Assembly: GCA_001179505.1 (NCBI GenBank)
Contig: CDMY01000328.1
Location: 1-64,000, forward strand
Direction of reading: 5' to 3'
Length of the DNA: 64,000 bases
Source: Vitrella brassicaformis CCMP3155
Lineage: Eukaryota > Protista > Chromerida
This document shows, one piece after another, positions 60,585 to 64,000 of this stretch. The translations under genes were made by a program, and so were the position numbers. The first letter of the stretch is position 1. Every line of letters starts with the position of its first letter. Below the pieces are notes generated by a model. The model saw only the letters and a list, made by a program, of their open reading frames with translations. It had not been told where the DNA came from and ran no database searches.

Positions 60585-62869
60585 TCAGTGGTGGAAGAGC
60601 CTGAGGTCCGTCATGGCCATGAGCATGCCGTACTCGTTGGCCGCCTTGGTCACCTCAGGGTCCTGCACACTCCCGCCTGCATACATACGTGACAGACAAC
60701 ATTTCCACACACACAAGGCGGTGAATGCACTCTTGATGAATGCATGGCTCGGTGTGCATCTGTGTATGTATGTCTGTGTACCTGGGTTGACGATGTACTC
60801 GACGCCATACTTGGACGCATGGTCGATGTTGTCCCTGACACACACGCACACACACACACACGCACACACAGTGTCGGTGTGATCGATGGCTGCAAGGATG
60901 TGTGTGATATGTGCCACAGACCCACCTGAAGGGGAAGAAGGCGTCAGACGAGATGGACACGCCCTTGAGCGTCTTGAGGAAATCCTTCTTCTCAGCCTCG
61001 GTCAGCGGCTCGGGCACCTGACACACACAACACACAACACAGGACGACACGACAGGTCATACATGCCAATATCCCGCCGCCTGACGCACCAGGCCAGGCC
61101 AGGCAGCCCACCTGTTCGAATTTGTCGTCAAACTCTTTCTTTTCGATGTCAGTGAAATCGCCCTCGATGTACCTCACTCGGCCGTTGACGCGGTCCTGCC
61201 GCTTGATGCCCTCCTTGAACTTCAATCCCATCACCTTCGGGTGCTGACGAAGATACCTACACAAGACAACACACACAGCAGATACAACACATGAATGCAC
61301 TGGCCTATGTGTTTGTGTTTGTGTTTGTGTGTGTGAGGGGGGGGGGGGGNNNNNNNNNNNNNNNNNNNNNNNNNNNNNNNNNNNNNNNNNNNNNNNNNNN
61401 NNNNNNNNNNNNNNNNNNNNNNNNNNNNNNNNNNNNNNNNNNNNNNNNNNNNNNNNNNNNNNNNNNNNNNNNNNNNNNNNNNNNNNNNNNNNNNNNNNNN
61501 NNNNNNNNNNNNNNNNNNNNNNNNNNNNNNNNNNNNNNNNNNNNNNNNNNNNNNNNNNNNNNNNNNNNNNNNNNNNNNNNNNNNNNNNNNNNNNNNNNNN
61601 NNNNNNNNNNNNNNNNNNNNNNNNNNNNNNNNNNNNNNNNNNNNNNNNNCGTACGTCAGTGACGACGTTTTGGAGTTTGGCAGCGTCGAAGAGTGCGTCG
61701 TTTCTCTTCTGCATGAAGCCCATGCCGTAGATGTCACGGAACTCCAGAGGCGGGGGCGCAAACGACGGGTCAGCCTGACACACACACACACACACACCAT
61801 TCCGTGACATTCATTCAAACAGGTGTCTGTGTGTTGTGCTTATGGATGTGTGTGTGCGCCTAGCGTGTGTGCGTACCGTACCTGCAGTATGATGAATTTG
61901 CCGCCCTTCTTGGCCTTGAGGATCTCCAGAGCCTTCTCGTGATACCTGCCCACACACGCACAATCCGCCCACACACACACACGCGGTGCACCATACCTGC
62001 CACCCCCTCCCTCCCTCCGTCCCCTTCTGTGTGCTAACCCCGGTGCGACGATGCCGTCGCTGACTTCCGGCTTGAGCACCAGTGCGGTCTCCTCGTCCAC
62101 CACGTCACTCAGCGCAGCGAAGTCGCCGAAGGAGCACATCGGGTCGGCATTCCTCGCACGCACGTACGCACAGGCCGCGTCCGTGAGCTTCTTGTCGCCG
62201 ATGTCGAACACCTGACGCTCCACCGCCGTCAGCGGGGCCGAGATGGCCGCCCCGGCCGGCGACACGTGCTTGAATGAGGCCGCAGCGGCCTTGCCCGTGG
62301 CCTGCCTGAGCTCCTTGACGAGCTGCCATGCGTTGACGGCGTCGAGGAGGTTGATGTAGCCGGGCGTGCCGTTGACAACGGTGAGGGGGAGGGGGTGGCC
62401 GCCCAGGGCGCAGAGGGCCGCCGGCTTCTGGTGTGGGTTGCAGCCGTACTTGAGGGTCAGCAGGGGGTTGTAGACGTTGGGGTAGTTGACGGGCTGGTAG
62501 CTGTCGAGGGCCTGGGTGAAGTAGCGGCTGATGGCGCTGTCGTAGGCGGCAGTGCGGGAGAAGGCCGCCGCAGCGAGGTGCTTTCGCAGCTCTGGCGTGC
62601 TGCATCCGCCGTGGTTCTTCATGCTGTCCTTGACGAGGGCGTACTGGTCTGGCGAGGTGACGATGCACACAGCGGGGTTGTTCTTGGCGGCTGCGCGGAT
62701 CATGGCGGGGCCGCCGATGTCGATGTTCTCCATGCACGTGTAGTAGTCGGCCCCGCCCTTGACGGTCTGCTCGAAGGGGTACAGGTTGACCACCACCAGG
62801 TCAATCGCACCCACGCCGTGCTGCACCATCTCGGCCTCGTGGCTGGCGTTGCCCCGCACTGCCAGCAGC

Positions 62870-62904
<35 letters not shown>

Positions 62905-63129
62905 CCCGTCGAGGATCTCCGGGGAGCCGGTGTAGTCGGACACCTCCTGCACGGGCACGCCCGCCTCCTGGAGCTTCTTGTAGGTGCCGCCAGTCGACAG
63001 CAGGTGCACACCGCCCTCAGCGAGGAACTGACCGAACTCCACCACTCCGGCCTTGTCGAAGACGGATAGGAGGGCGCGCTCTATCTTGCGAGGGGCGTCG
63101 GTGCCCACGACGGCTGTGATGGACGGCAT
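60585..63129 (-). CDS. ATIC: Bifunctional AICAR transformylase / IMP cyclohydrolase (ATIC/PurH); one coding segment falls in the gap
   Basis: [71 protein letters not shown] and C-terminus LRLFHH*. Confidence 0.98.
61350..61649. other. Assembly gap (300 N) inside ATIC
   Basis: Run of N directly visible, preceded by poly-G. Confidence 1.
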
Positions 63130-63357
63130 GCTGGCTGGCTGGCTGCTCACGATGAGATGAGTGCGGACGGGAGATCTCCGAGATGGGATGAGAGATGCGG
63201 ATCACGACGGCTGAAAAGGACGATGAAGAGAGGTTGCTGAACACGTTGCTGAAGGTGGGAGAGCCGCTACATGAGTTCCTCGTGGCGACGCCGTCTCAGC
63301 GAGCTATCTCGACGCGCCCCCACCCGGCCCCCACCTCCCGTAACGCATCTCTAAGAA

Positions 63358-63932
63358 ATGGGCGGTGTGATTGGGAATGTGCTGGCCAAGGTGATGACAG
63401 TGAGCGTGAGCAGGAAGCCTGGAGGAGGCCCCCCGCCGCTGCTCAAGAACCCCAGCCGTGCCTCGTGCCTCATCGCAGCCTTTGTGCAGGCGCTGGTCTT
63501 CCTCACGGCCATCTCGGCCAACGTGCTGCAGTCGATGCTCGACTGGTCCTGCAACCCATGGACCACCTGCTACTTCCAGTTGAGCGCCGTTATCTGCCTC
63601 CTCACGACGGTCTTCTATGTCTTTTTGGCGTGTGTCGATTACCGAAGCGACGAGAGGTGGTACTCTTACCTTGGCTGGATGCTGTTGATCACGTTGGTGA
63701 AGCTGGGGGGCAAGCGGCGGGGTGCTGGCTGAGCTACCTGAACTTCATCCATCGGGGTGAGGAGGGGACGAGTTACTACTTTTGCTATCATGACTTCAAG
63801 ACGCTGTACTACTACACGCTGGCCATGACGGCCTGCCATGTGACGGCCATGACCTATGTGGTCTATGTGGCCTTCTTTCGGATCTTTGCCGGCATTGTGG
63901 GGCAGTTCAAGAAGCTCAAAGGCATCACTTAG
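63358..63932 (+). CDS. Hypothetical roughly 4-TM membrane protein with an apparent frameshift at a G6 run (63705-63710)
   Basis: Frame 1 gives three hydrophobic helices ending ITLVKLGG. The overlapping frame continues QAAGCWLSYLNF...YVVYVAFFRIFAGIVGQFKKLKGIT*. Confidence 0.6.
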
Positions 63933-64000
63933 ATGAGACACACATGACACAGACAGACACAGGCTGACACGATGTCCATCGATGTGTTGAGTAATTGGGA

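Noticed and set aside
62395-63069. Long + strand ORFs antisense to ATIC, and similar shadow ORFs over the SET, ARH3 and PEPC genes
   Set aside because: These are expected from GC3-rich codon usage on the opposite strand and show no independent motifs.
20249-63129. A metabolic gene cluster (PEPC, CBM20 protein, ATIC)
   Set aside because: The genes are far apart, separated by unrelated genes and share no single pathway.
1-64000. Transposase, reverse transcriptase, tRNA or rRNA genes
   Set aside because: I recognised no DDE, RT, integrase or tyrosine-recombinase motifs and no cloverleaf or rRNA signatures. A covariance-model search would be needed to exclude small RNAs.

Overview
This is eukaryotic nuclear DNA: GC-rich, gene-dense and very intron-rich, with short introns full of (CAGA)n/(TCTG)n, (CA)n/(TG)n and (GGAT)n microsatellites. 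The style and gene content suggest a free-living chromerid alveolate such as Vitrella brassicaformis; this is an inference, not a database match. About 22 genes are present, mostly in head-to-head pairs. Confident calls: LOA1/VPS66-like acyltransferase, ARH3-like ADP-ribosylglycohydrolase, OMS1-like methyltransferase, Patched/SSD protein, PEP carboxylase, SMYD-type SET protein, BTB protein and ATIC (PurH). Two genes belong to mainly prokaryotic families but carry spliceosomal introns (HTTM-domain, DUF2254). A large secreted protein combines about 6 four-cysteine saposin-like modules with TSP1, FN3-like and EGF-like domains. The most notable unexplained signals are: a 37-nt non-coding element found twice (34/37 identical, 54.5 kb apart) upstream of minus-strand genes; introns bracketed by complementary microsatellites; AGATCT palindromes in promoter-like regions; and recent frame-breaking tandem microduplications (17, 38 and 7 nt) in two lineage-specific genes. 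Four 300-N gaps sit next to G/C homopolymers, and one of them hides an ATIC exon. Exon structures were worked out by eye, so boundaries are approximate. I found no CRISPR array, rRNA, tRNA or recognisable transposase.
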